DNA from: a virus
Lineage: Duplodnaviria > Caudoviricetes
Length of the DNA stretch: 64,000 nucleotides
Direction: 5' to 3' (one strand)
Virus record (IMG/VR): IMGVR_UViG_3300011008_000999
The position numbers and the translations under genes were made by a program. Below are positions 39,196 through 48,144 of this stretch, one piece after another; within the stretch, counting starts at the first letter, position 1; each line of letters starts with the position of its first letter. The notes below the pieces were generated by a model that worked only from the letters and a program-made list of their open reading frames with translations, was not told where the DNA came from and did no database searches.

Positions 39196-39405
39196 TTATA
39201 ACTCTACTTTCATAGTCTCTTGGTCGACCCATTTATCTGGTTCTAACCATAATATTGTTCCAGTTTTAAGATTAACTGCATTAGAGTGTTCACCATAACA
39301 TTCAACAAATGGTGGCAACTTCATTACTTGTTTATCTTTATAAGTAAACTTAGTACCTTGTTCAAGTTCGTCTATAGTAATATATCTCTCATCAGGACTA
39401 AACAT
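39196..39405 (-). CDS. small hypothetical protein
   Basis: 69 aa, GAAAGGAG RBS. Confidence 0.65.
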   Translation of the reverse strand: MFSPDERYITIDELEQGTKFTYKDKQVMKLPPFVECYGEHSNAVNLKTGTILWLEPDKWVDQETMKVEL

Positions 39406-39432
39406 AGTTTATCTCCTTTCTTAAACAATTTT

Positions 39433-39466
39433 ATTATATCATTATTTGTTTAATAAGTAAATAGTT
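39433..39466 (-). promoter_or_regulatory. conserved sigmaA-like promoter
   Basis: AACTATTTACT-N17-TATAAT. Confidence 0.8.
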
Positions 39467-40532
39467 AAACTACTTTTATTCCATTACGTCCATTTTGCTT
39501 TACGTAATAAAGTTGCTCATCTGCAATCTTAATACTATTACTATAATCTGAAACTTCATCATACATACAACCGCCAATTGATACAGTTATGCTGTAATCA
39601 CTAAGTTCAGTTTGAATAGCTGATTTAATTCTAATTGCAGTATCTTCTAGAATTTCTTTACTTACATTAGATAAAATTACTACAAATTCTTCACCACCAA
39701 ATCTAACAAGATAATCATCAGATCTAATAGTTCCTTCTACAGATTTAGATAATCTTTGTAAAATTACATCACCTACATCGTGTCCATAAGTATCATTTAC
39801 TTTCTTAAAGAAGTCAATATCTAATATTAAGAGACCTGCATTTTTAATATTAATCATATTAGTGCCTGGATAACAGATAGTCTTGAATATATTTCTATTA
39901 TAAGCTCCAGTCAATGGATCATGTAAAAGTACATGATTCAACCTAATATTAGATACAAATCTATCTTGGAAAACTTTTTCAATATATGCGATTAATATTT
40001 CTGTTCCTATAATAAGAATAAAATGTAATGCTATAATTGTTAAGAAATCACTATAATGAATAAATAGATCTGCAATAATAATATCTATAAGCATCCATAA
40101 GTGAAATAAAATAGAATAATGTTTTGGTGCAGCAAAACCTAGAAATATAAAGATGCACTCAATAACCATTAATCCTTCATTAGCATGTGTGCGATTTTCT
40201 AAATGAAGTACTGCCCAAGACGTACAAAATACGACAAGATGTGCCATAATATACGCGGCAGGTATACATAATTTATAGTTATTTGATTTTCGTACAATTA
40301 CTATATAAATAGCTAAAAATACGAAAATAGATGCACGCGGTAGAAGAGTTTCCCAAGCAATTCTACCATATAGCATACAGTCTGTACCCCAATAAAAGAA
40401 CGATGCTATTGACGAAGTCAGTATAAGATAAAATACCATTTTTTCATAATATTCATACTTAGACTGATAAAACTCTTCTTTACGCTCTTTTATAATACTG
40501 TTAACACTCGCGTTTAGATTCATTCTTCTCAC
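39465..40532 (-). CDS. membrane-bound diguanylate cyclase (GGDEF)
   Basis: about 6 TM helices; DPLTGAYNR, DIDFFKKVND.YGH..GD, RSDD I-site, RFGGEEF. Confidence 0.92.
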   Translation of the reverse strand: MRRMNLNASVNSIIKERKEEFYQSKYEYYEKMVFYLILTSSIASFFYWGTDCMLYGRIAWETLLPRASIFVFLAIYIVIVRKSNNYKLCIPAAYIMAHLVVFCTSWAVLHLENRTHANEGLMVIECIFIFLGFAAPKHYSILFHLWMLIDIIIADLFIHYSDFLTIIALHFILIIGTEILIAYIEKVFQDRFVSNIRLNHVLLHDPLTGAYNRNIFKTICYPGTNMINIKNAGLLILDIDFFKKVNDTYGHDVGDVILQRLSKSVEGTIRSDDYLVRFGGEEFVVILSNVSKEILEDTAIRIKSAIQTELSDYSITVSIGGCMYDEVSDYSNSIKIADEQLYYVKQNGRNGIKVV

Positions 40533-40535
40533 CCT

Positions 40536-40571
40536 TAAAAAACAACGGATAGACTTTACATCTATCCGTTT
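40536..40571 (-). terminator. intrinsic terminator
   Basis: AACGGATAGA...TCTATCCGTT followed by GTTTTTT. Confidence 0.75.
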
Positions 40572-40599
40572 CTTTCATAAGATTTTTTTTGTTAATTTG

Positions 40600-40842
40600 T
40601 TACCATAAAGACTTAGCTGTATTTACGATCCACTGACCAATAGCTAAGAAGCTTGGCATGGTGATACCAAACAAACCAAGTAAGAATCCAATTAGAATAT
40701 ATCCAATTATGACTCTTATACAGTCTTTAATTGAAGACTTAAAGAGGAATTTCATAATAAGACATATAATACACAAAATTACTAAGTTAGTTGGCATTGA
40801 TATCGCAAATGCTATTAAATTGTTCAAAATTGTACTAACCAT
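40600..40842 (-). CDS. small membrane protein
   Basis: 80 aa, 2-3 hydrophobic segments. Confidence 0.65.
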   Translation of the reverse strand: MVSTILNNLIAFAISMPTNLVILCIICLIMKFLFKSSIKDCIRVIIGYILIGFLLGLFGITMPSFLAIGQWIVNTAKSLW

Positions 40843-40911
40843 CTCATCTATCTCCTTTACATATAAACCGTAAGTTAACTATCAGTTCCTTACTATATTA
40901 TTATTAAATAG

Positions 40912-42321
40912 TCATTCATTATGTATATAGACGGTATATGTATCATCTTCAAAAATAAGCTCCCATTCATCAGAATGTCTTGCTAAAGTTCTATTGACAT
41001 ATTGGATTCTTTGTGCTACTACATATCTATAGTCTTGAACTAAAGCTAAAACTTCTTCATCTGTAGCTAAAGACTTAATAGAATTATTCTCTATTACATA
41101 TCCTTGAGATAATATGATATAGTCTTCCATTACATGAGGTACACCACTAATCTCTTCTGAGAATGCTTCACATCGACTATCTAACTTAATATGAGTACAT
41201 CCATTATACTCTAACCATCCACCTAAATCCATTGCAGTATTGTATATAGGTGCGTCTTTATCTTCTATCGCATTAACTACTGGACCATAATTATATCTAA
41301 TATCCATATTATGCTTTATAAATAATACACATAATCCTATACATAGTAATGTTATACAACTATATGAATATGTATTATTAAGAATATGAAAATCTTCTAT
41401 GATACAAATTAAGAAGATCACTGCAATATACATAATACTAATATGTCTAACATTTATAAGTGCTAAAACTGCTATAGTAAATACATAAAAGTTTATAAAA
41501 TGGTTAGATTTATGCAGATAAAGGTATATAATTGTCACGACCACTAATAAGAATAGTTTAATACCTACATACGTAGTAATTCCTATAGGACCCAACTCAT
41601 TAATGTTAATGATTTTATATGTATTAGCTAAAAATGTTCTAACTATATATAATGATCCATCTATACCATAAGGAGTAAGTAAACTACAAGCCATAAATAA
41701 TGGTGTAAACGTAACTAACTTCCAATCTATATATGGTTTCTTTGGTTGAATAATATATGGAATCATTACTAAACCATGATATAAGAATACTGCTTGATGC
41801 ATATTAGCAGATAAGATTAAAATAGGAAAGATGGGAAGTAAGTATTTAATTGAATCCTTTTTCCTATATAATTCTATAAATATTAGTTGTGCTAATAGAC
41901 AAATAACTGTTATGATCTGTGGTCTAATATTTATCATATAATCATGACAGTATAAAATAGCCGCTATAGAACCAATAAATGCTTTCTTCTTATCATGTGT
42001 TTTCATCATAATAAATACACATGAAAGTCCATATAAAATAAGATTTTGTGCTAATACAAATAGTATATTTCCAACAGTTCCAAATTTATCGATCAATGCT
42101 AAGCATACTGCATATAACCATTGCTGAACTACAATTGGAAAGTCATTTAGATGACTAATAGTATGGAAATTTCCATTAAGTATATCTCTACCACTCATGA
42201 TCTCGAAGAACATATCATTATCTTGAGATTTAAGTAAAAGTATTATATAAAGTATTAACATAAATAGACTAAGTAATGCTATTGGTACGTACTTAATCAT
42301 CTTATTGCAAAAGTTTTTCAT
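40912..42321 (-). CDS. polytopic membrane protein, GT-C-like glycosyltransferase
   Basis: DNDMFF...GR, QWL, IRPQ, ANMH, PYG, GGWL, DSR.E; about 11 TM helices. Confidence 0.65.
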   Translation of the reverse strand: MKNFCNKMIKYVPIALLSLFMLILYIILLLKSQDNDMFFEIMSGRDILNGNFHTISHLNDFPIVVQQWLYAVCLALIDKFGTVGNILFVLAQNLILYGLSCVFIMMKTHDKKKAFIGSIAAILYCHDYMINIRPQIITVICLLAQLIFIELYRKKDSIKYLLPIFPILILSANMHQAVFLYHGLVMIPYIIQPKKPYIDWKLVTFTPLFMACSLLTPYGIDGSLYIVRTFLANTYKIININELGPIGITTYVGIKLFLLVVVTIIYLYLHKSNHFINFYVFTIAVLALINVRHISIMYIAVIFLICIIEDFHILNNTYSYSCITLLCIGLCVLFIKHNMDIRYNYGPVVNAIEDKDAPIYNTAMDLGGWLEYNGCTHIKLDSRCEAFSEEISGVPHVMEDYIILSQGYVIENNSIKSLATDEEVLALVQDYRYVVAQRIQYVNRTLARHSDEWELIFEDDTYTVYIHNE

Positions 42322-42325
42322 TTAC

Positions 42326-43471
42326 TCAGTCCTTTCTTACTTTTATTTCTAGAATACCTAAAAAGAAACTACTAAACATAAGTTGTATTCCACATACAAA
42401 TAAGATCAACATTGGAATAGTGAGTCTTAACATTCTAGATGATTCTAAATCGCCAAAACCAGTATTATACCAAATGATTATAGCAATTATAGAACCAATT
42501 AATCCTATTAAAAACGAAATTGCGCCAATAAAAATTCCTCGATTCATAGTAAACTTAATCAAACGTTTATCAATTTTGGTTATTGGTATAAGTTTTGTTT
42601 TAGTTGCATATTTTATAGTCAATACATAAAATAATACTAGCTGAAAACCAATTATTGTTGCTATAGCTGAATAAACCAATGTATTGACATCAAAAGTAAT
42701 ATCATTTATAATAATAGGATCAATTATTATTTTTGCACTTAAAAATATTCCTACAAGAAATAGTAATATTCCTGGATATAAAAACAACCAGTTAGGTGCA
42801 TGCATAAGTAAGAATGTAAGATGTCTCCAACCATCAGACCAACTTCTTAAATGAGGTGGACGATCTCTACCGTCTTTTTTAAGAGTAGTAGGTACTTCAC
42901 ATATCTTAAGTTCGTGTAAAGTAGCTTGAACTACCATTTCACTGGCATATTCCATACCAGTTGTATGTAAGTTTAGTTTTTGAATACTTTCTTTATTATA
43001 TCCACGAAGACCACAATGAAAGTCTCTTATTGGACTTTTATATAAGATTCTGCCAATAGTTGAAAGTACTGGATTTCCTAAATACTTATGAAGAGGTGGC
43101 ATAGCACCTTTTTCTATACCACCTTTAAATCGATTACCCATAACCAATTCATAACCTTCACGAAGTTTTTCTACAAAAAGCATTAAGTTTGAAAAATCAT
43201 AAGAGTCATCTGAATCTCCCATAATTACATATTTGCCTAATGCAGCATTACATCCACCTATTAAAGCTGAACCATAACCTTTTTCCTCAATATCTACTAC
43301 TCTTGCTCCTGCATTTCTGGCAATGTCTTGAGAACCATCTGTACTACCATTGTCTGCAATAAGTACTTCACCGTCAATATTATTGTCGGCTAAAAATTTC
43401 TGTGCCTTATCAATACAGCTCTTAAGAGTTCTTGATTCATTCAAGCAAGGCATTAGAATAGTTAGTTCCAT
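42326..43471 (-). CDS. GT2 polyprenol-phosphate glycosyltransferase
   Basis: LMPCLNE, ADNGSTDGS, GYGSA, GDSDDSYD, C-terminal TM helices. Confidence 0.92.
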   Translation of the reverse strand: MELTILMPCLNESRTLKSCIDKAQKFLADNNIDGEVLIADNGSTDGSQDIARNAGARVVDIEEKGYGSALIGGCNAALGKYVIMGDSDDSYDFSNLMLFVEKLREGYELVMGNRFKGGIEKGAMPPLHKYLGNPVLSTIGRILYKSPIRDFHCGLRGYNKESIQKLNLHTTGMEYASEMVVQATLHELKICEVPTTLKKDGRDRPPHLRSWSDGWRHLTFLLMHAPNWLFLYPGILLFLVGIFLSAKIIIDPIIINDITFDVNTLVYSAIATIIGFQLVLFYVLTIKYATKTKLIPITKIDKRLIKFTMNRGIFIGAISFLIGLIGSIIAIIIWYNTGFGDLESSRMLRLTIPMLILFVCGIQLMFSSFFLGILEIKVRKD

Positions 43472-44088
43472 TTGCTAGTTTCCTTTCTTTTTAGCAAAGC
43501 TATAAAATGAAGATTTGAATCAAAGAATAAATGACATAAGAATGTATAAAGATCTAATTTATCTGCATAGTAAACTATTTCAAGATTATTGTCTTCAAAC
43601 ATTTTATTCCACTGTTCTTCAGTCAGATAGTTATAAGGCAAGTTAACTGAGTATTGTTTATTGCCTACATAATCCATCATTTTTAACTTTAATAATGACC
43701 ACCATCCATGAAGAATGTGATCTTTTATTAGGATGTATTCATCAGATACTCTAACTACTTCTGAAAACACTCTTTCAGGATCATCAGTGTGATGAAGTAC
43801 ATCGATCATCATAGTTGTTTGTTTTTCATTTGAATGGTATGGAATAGTACGACCATCATATTCTGTTACTGGAATAAACGTCTTATCTCTAACTAAAACA
43901 TCTATTCCTGTAATTTGAACATCATTTTTCTCCATCAAAATATTGTCGATCTTACCATCACCAGCTCCAACATCTAAAATTTCAGATATATGGAACATAT
44001 TTATGATAGTAGAGATCCACATACTAAGCTGAGACATTCGACGATCATAAATAAACCAATCATGAAAAGTGCTTAATAATGTTTTCAA
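43462..44088 (-). CDS. class I SAM-dependent methyltransferase
   Basis: ILDVGAGDG, GIDV, DVLHH. Confidence 0.85.
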   Translation of the reverse strand: MKTLLSTFHDWFIYDRRMSQLSMWISTIINMFHISEILDVGAGDGKIDNILMEKNDVQITGIDVLVRDKTFIPVTEYDGRTIPYHSNEKQTTMMIDVLHHTDDPERVFSEVVRVSDEYILIKDHILHGWWSLLKLKMMDYVGNKQYSVNLPYNYLTEEQWNKMFEDNNLEIVYYADKLDLYTFLCHLFFDSNLHFIALLKRKETSKWN

Positions 44089-44470
44089 TTGTCGTGCTCC
44101 ATTCTATCATATATAAATAAATCATACATGCTATTTCTAATGAGACCATTAGACATAGTTTTTCTCGTTTACTTATTATAATTTGTATAAATACTGGGAA
44201 TAGACACAGAATAGCCATAGAAGGTCTCAGGATGACCAAGGAGATACCTAAAGCTAAGATATAAATAATGTCTATTGGCTGATTTTTATATTTTAACAAG
44301 AATAACCCTAGAGTTCCAAAAAGTAGTATAGGATGTACTAATAAGCAAAAGCTACTATAGTTTAAGATTACCAACCAAAATGGCATTTCATTCTTTTTGT
44401 AGTCAAAAACCATAATAGCAATTGCAGATAGTACAAATATTATACTACAGACAAGATTCGTCATGCTCAC
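44060..44470 (-). CDS. membrane protein, A24 prepilin-peptidase-like
   Basis: hydrophobic; AIMVFDYKKNEMP resembles the first Asp motif of A24 peptidases; GxGD motif not evident. Confidence 0.4.
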   Translation of the reverse strand: MSMTNLVCSIIFVLSAIAIMVFDYKKNEMPFWLVILNYSSFCLLVHPILLFGTLGLFLLKYKNQPIDIIYILALGISLVILRPSMAILCLFPVFIQIIISKREKLCLMVSLEIACMIYLYMIEWSTTIENIIKHFS

Positions 44471-45485
44471 CGATATACACCTTAAGTGGAATCTTGCTCA
44501 TCCAAATAGTATTATCATTCATAAGAGCTCTATACTTCTTAGCATCATCTGAAGTGAAATATCCTTCATCAGTGAATTCATACTCACGATTACGATTATC
44601 TCTCATAAAGCCTTTATAGAAAAGATCAATCTGTTGAGCAAGCTTCTCTTCATTTTCCTTTGAATAATCAAGCTGTAAATATTTCTTAGAAGCGGAATTT
44701 CCAGGACAAATGAGATAACCTTTATTGATTGTAGTATTAAGCTCATTTTCCATTGCCCACTTATAAAGAATCATAGATCCAAGATAACCATTAAATGTTA
44801 CTGCTTCATCAGTAGGATGACCAGTCTTATAGTCGAGAATAATTACATCATTTCCTCTATAATCAACACGGTCAGCAACATAAGATACTGCACAAGGAAC
44901 TGTATATCCAATAGATTTTGCATAAAGATTTTCTGCTCTACCTCTATGTTCAGTTACACACTTAAGAGTCTTTTCATTAAGTTCAGATCTTGGATGAAGA
45001 TAATCTTTAATGTCATAGTAACCAGTAATATATTCATCGAGCTTGGCTTTATCCATATCAGGATTTGTAGCTAACACTTGAGCTTCAAGTTCCCAAAGCT
45101 TATCACGAGTTCTCTCTTCACCAGGAAGAAGATAATAATCTTCAAGGACTTTATGGAATGCCGTACCAATTGCAGTAGCATCATTAGCACCTTCTTCAAA
45201 GAAGTTCTGCATTAAACTGAGGGCAGGATTTGTTTTATATCCTTTCATAAATGATGGTGAAAAATAGTCACCGCTATACCTATTTAACAAGGACTGCAGG
45301 TTAGACCCGTAGCCCTTGTAAATAGCAAGATTTTTAGTTTTATGTTTATTATTGTATGCCTTGATAATTTTAGCAACAGCTTCCTGTACATCAGTAAATA
45401 AAGCCTTAGCATCTATTGAGCTGTTATCAATCTTGGCAACGTAAGTGACTAAAAAGTCCTTACCATTTTCAGTAATGATTTCCAT
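44445..45485 (-). CDS. PD-(D/E)XK nuclease (RecB/Cas4-like)
   Basis: SPS, GTAFHKVLE, E...ADRVD...ILDYKTG, LY. Confidence 0.82.
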   Translation of the reverse strand: MEIITENGKDFLVTYVAKIDNSSIDAKALFTDVQEAVAKIIKAYNNKHKTKNLAIYKGYGSNLQSLLNRYSGDYFSPSFMKGYKTNPALSLMQNFFEEGANDATAIGTAFHKVLEDYYLLPGEERTRDKLWELEAQVLATNPDMDKAKLDEYITGYYDIKDYLHPRSELNEKTLKCVTEHRGRAENLYAKSIGYTVPCAVSYVADRVDYRGNDVIILDYKTGHPTDEAVTFNGYLGSMILYKWAMENELNTTINKGYLICPGNSASKKYLQLDYSKENEEKLAQQIDLFYKGFMRDNRNREYEFTDEGYFTSDDAKKYRALMNDNTIWMSKIPLKVYIGEHDESCL

Positions 45486-45498
45486 TGCTTACATCTCC

Positions 45499-46476
45499 TT
45501 AATATCTGTCGAAAGCAATTCTAGTCTTCATACTATTTGCTTCGAATGAATCAGCCAAAAGCAACTTAGTAAATGTACTTGTGCCAGGCTTATAAATAAA
45601 CGCACCAAGTAAATCAGGCTGTCTAAGGAATGATGTCTGAAGCGCAGAAAACTGTCCATCACGCCATCTAGAAAGAAGAGCAACTTCATAAAATCTAGAT
45701 TCTACACCTACATTTCCGATTGTATCAATGATCTCCTGAATTTTATCTTTTGCAGCAATAATATCCTTAATATCAGGAATTTTCTGCTCAAGAGTAACAT
45801 TAACCTTTTCAGCAGTACCTTTATTCATAGAGTCGAGAGATGCCTGAGTTGCGTGCTCAGTAATCATTAAGGTAGAATAAATACCAATATTCTTAGGTGT
45901 GAACTCAGTATCATATGAACGTCTATAAAGACCTGCACATTTCTTACAGAAATGTCTAATACCATGATTACATGAGAGGAAAGTTCTTACATGAATCTTA
46001 CTTCTCTTAGGTAACTTCTGGATATCAGCATAATCTTCAACATACTTATTAAGTTCCATAACCCAATGATTACGAACCTTATAGTTGAAAGTATCTTCAT
46101 CAATATCTGATACCTTCATTTCAGTTCCTTCACTTCCACAATCATCGATCTCAATAGTCATATCATCACATGAACTAATGAGTTTCTTATAGAAGTAACC
46201 TGATTCTGTAATATCAGTTACATTAGCGGCAATAACTGACTGCATGAATTTCTTTGATTCCTGCTCAGAATAGTTATTATTACGTCTTGCAGCTGATTTC
46301 TTTATATCATCTGTATTCTTTGTAAAAGAAGTAATTTTTTCGATCTTTGCCATAGCTTTGTCATCATTATCAACAAATGCTGAAGCAAAATCACCAACAG
46401 TAGGTACTACGCAGTGTTCAAACATTGCTTCACCTAACTTATGGTATTTCTTAACATACTCTTGTCTTGTTATCAT
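45499..46476 (-). CDS. rpoC: RNA polymerase beta' subunit, C-terminal part
   Basis: bridge helix DITESGYFYKKL, DDCGS, RTFLSC...CKKCAG zinc site, trigger loop NIGIYSTLMITEHATQ. Confidence 0.85.
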   Translation of the reverse strand: MITRQEYVKKYHKLGEAMFEHCVVPTVGDFASAFVDNDDKAMAKIEKITSFTKNTDDIKKSAARRNNNYSEQESKKFMQSVIAANVTDITESGYFYKKLISSCDDMTIEIDDCGSEGTEMKVSDIDEDTFNYKVRNHWVMELNKYVEDYADIQKLPKRSKIHVRTFLSCNHGIRHFCKKCAGLYRRSYDTEFTPKNIGIYSTLMITEHATQASLDSMNKGTAEKVNVTLEQKIPDIKDIIAAKDKIQEIIDTIGNVGVESRFYEVALLSRWRDGQFSALQTSFLRQPDLLGAFIYKPGTSTFTKLLLADSFEANSMKTRIAFDRY

Positions 46477-46925
46477 TATTTCTTCTCCTTAAGAACGATT
46501 TCTGATCCATCATCATAGATTAATGTTAAAGTATCATCTACAATTAGGATATTAACATGAGTTTCAGTTTGCTCTCCAGTGAGTTCATCTTCTGATACGA
46601 AGTTTGCACTGAAGTTGTTGTCTATATCATCGTCTTTTATCTCTTCATACGTACCATCCTGAATAATTCGATCTTCACCAGCATCTATAGCAATATCAAC
46701 TTTATTATTGCTATAGATTTCAACTGCGACAGTAAACTGTCCGTAGTCTTTGGTGTAGATTTTGCTAGTTGGTTTAGTAAGAAGAATAATGGTAAGAACA
46801 ATAAGACCTACAATCATAACTACAAAGAAAATCACAGAAGGAGTATCAATCTTACTGTTCTTTTTCTTTTTAGGCTTTGGTTTAGTATCTTTCTTTTCTT
46901 CCATTGTTTTACACCTCTTCACCAA
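46476..46925 (-). CDS. single-pass membrane protein between the beta' parts
   Basis: Lys-rich N-terminus, one TM, acidic C-terminal domain. Confidence 0.65.
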   Translation of the reverse strand: MVKRCKTMEEKKDTKPKPKKKKNSKIDTPSVIFFVVMIVGLIVLTIILLTKPTSKIYTKDYGQFTVAVEIYSNNKVDIAIDAGEDRIIQDGTYEEIKDDDIDNNFSANFVSEDELTGEQTETHVNILIVDDTLTLIYDDGSEIVLKEKK

Positions 46926-48144
46926 TCAACGTTGCAACATATTCGAACTCTTCAAGAATACCATTTCTGATACTTGAGTTAGAACCTTCAATATAGTTAT
47001 TACTTGCAAGAAGTTTCTTAGCTTCCTCACATGCTTCTCTTGAATAAAGAACAATTACATTAAGTGAGTCACCATCAACGTCTGCAGCAAGTCCATCGTA
47101 TACGATAGGGTTTGCCTGAATAACGAACTGTTCCTGTTCTAACTTAGAGAATACAGGCTTCATAGCGATAATTGACTTAGCACCGATGGTAGGCTGTCTA
47201 TTGAAGAGTACAAGATATTCTTCATCTTCAAGTTCCTGATTGATTCCATCGATATCAGTCTTACCATTCTCATCTGTATACTTAGCAAACAGACTAGGAT
47301 AAAGAGTAGGAATGAAATAATAACCGATCTTAAGAGTGTCTTCATCAAGACCAAAGTTATTGGTCATAACTGCACGGATCATACCTGTTTCAGGCTGACC
47401 TTTAAGCTCTGCATCAATGATGTTTCTCTTATTCTTTGCAAGGATCTGGAATAACTCGTGATAAAGCTTATCGAGTTCCTTACATACAATAAATCTAAGA
47501 TTGATCTCGTTGAAGATAGTAAGCTTACTATTCTTCTGAAGGCTCTCATATCTATTGTTCTGACGAAGCATATTGATGTAGATAGTATTCAGATTACCAA
47601 TGAAGTATTTATCACCCTGGAAAGTAATCTGTCTAAATGAAGTATGAGGAATACTTACAAGTCTATACACGTTTTCATTGTACCAAGACTCAGAAACGCC
47701 AATACTCATAAGTGCTTCCTTACCGATAAGAATCTTTTTCTCATCGTACTTAGAGAGATCTGCCTTAAGGTCGAATTCTACATATTCACCTTCATAAAGG
47801 AAACCTCTACTATTGAGAAGATTATCTACCATGACCTTATCATAAGATTCATAGTTGATAACTCTCTTAGGAAGATCAAAGTTGAACTTAATGTAAAAGT
47901 TAGGAATATTACGTTTGTTCAGTACTCTGCAGTTACATTCAGGACAAATTCCAGGTTTTGTCTGCTTACCACAGTAGCATTTACCAAACTTACCAAAAAT
48001 CTTTTCAGAGAAAATTCCATCTTCATGAAAGAGGTAACGATCACCATCCTTGATCTTTCTTGCCTGAAACAACTTATCAGACGTTACCTGATTCATAGGA
48101 TTCTCTACAATATGTACTGGTTTAATCGTCGCTCTCAGAGGCAT
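46909..48144 (-). CDS. rpoC: RNA polymerase beta' subunit, N-terminal catalytic part
   Basis: DGIFSEKIFG..CYCG...CPEC, RAV, FNRQPT, AADVDGD. Confidence 0.9.
   Translation of the reverse strand: MPLRATIKPVHIVENPMNQVTSDKLFQARKIKDGDRYLFHEDGIFSEKIFGKFGKCYCGKQTKPGICPECNCRVLNKRNIPNFYIKFNFDLPKRVINYESYDKVMVDNLLNSRGFLYEGEYVEFDLKADLSKYDEKKILIGKEALMSIGVSESWYNENVYRLVSIPHTSFRQITFQGDKYFIGNLNTIYINMLRQNNRYESLQKNSKLTIFNEINLRFIVCKELDKLYHELFQILAKNKRNIIDAELKGQPETGMIRAVMTNNFGLDEDTLKIGYYFIPTLYPSLFAKYTDENGKTDIDGINQELEDEEYLVLFNRQPTIGAKSIIAMKPVFSKLEQEQFVIQANPIVYDGLAADVDGDSLNVIVLYSREACEEAKKLLASNNYIEGSNSSIRNGILEEFEYVATLIGEEV

Noticed and set aside
44445-45485. Cas4 of a CRISPR system
   Set aside because: No four-Cys Fe-S cluster pattern, and no other cas genes or array in the window.
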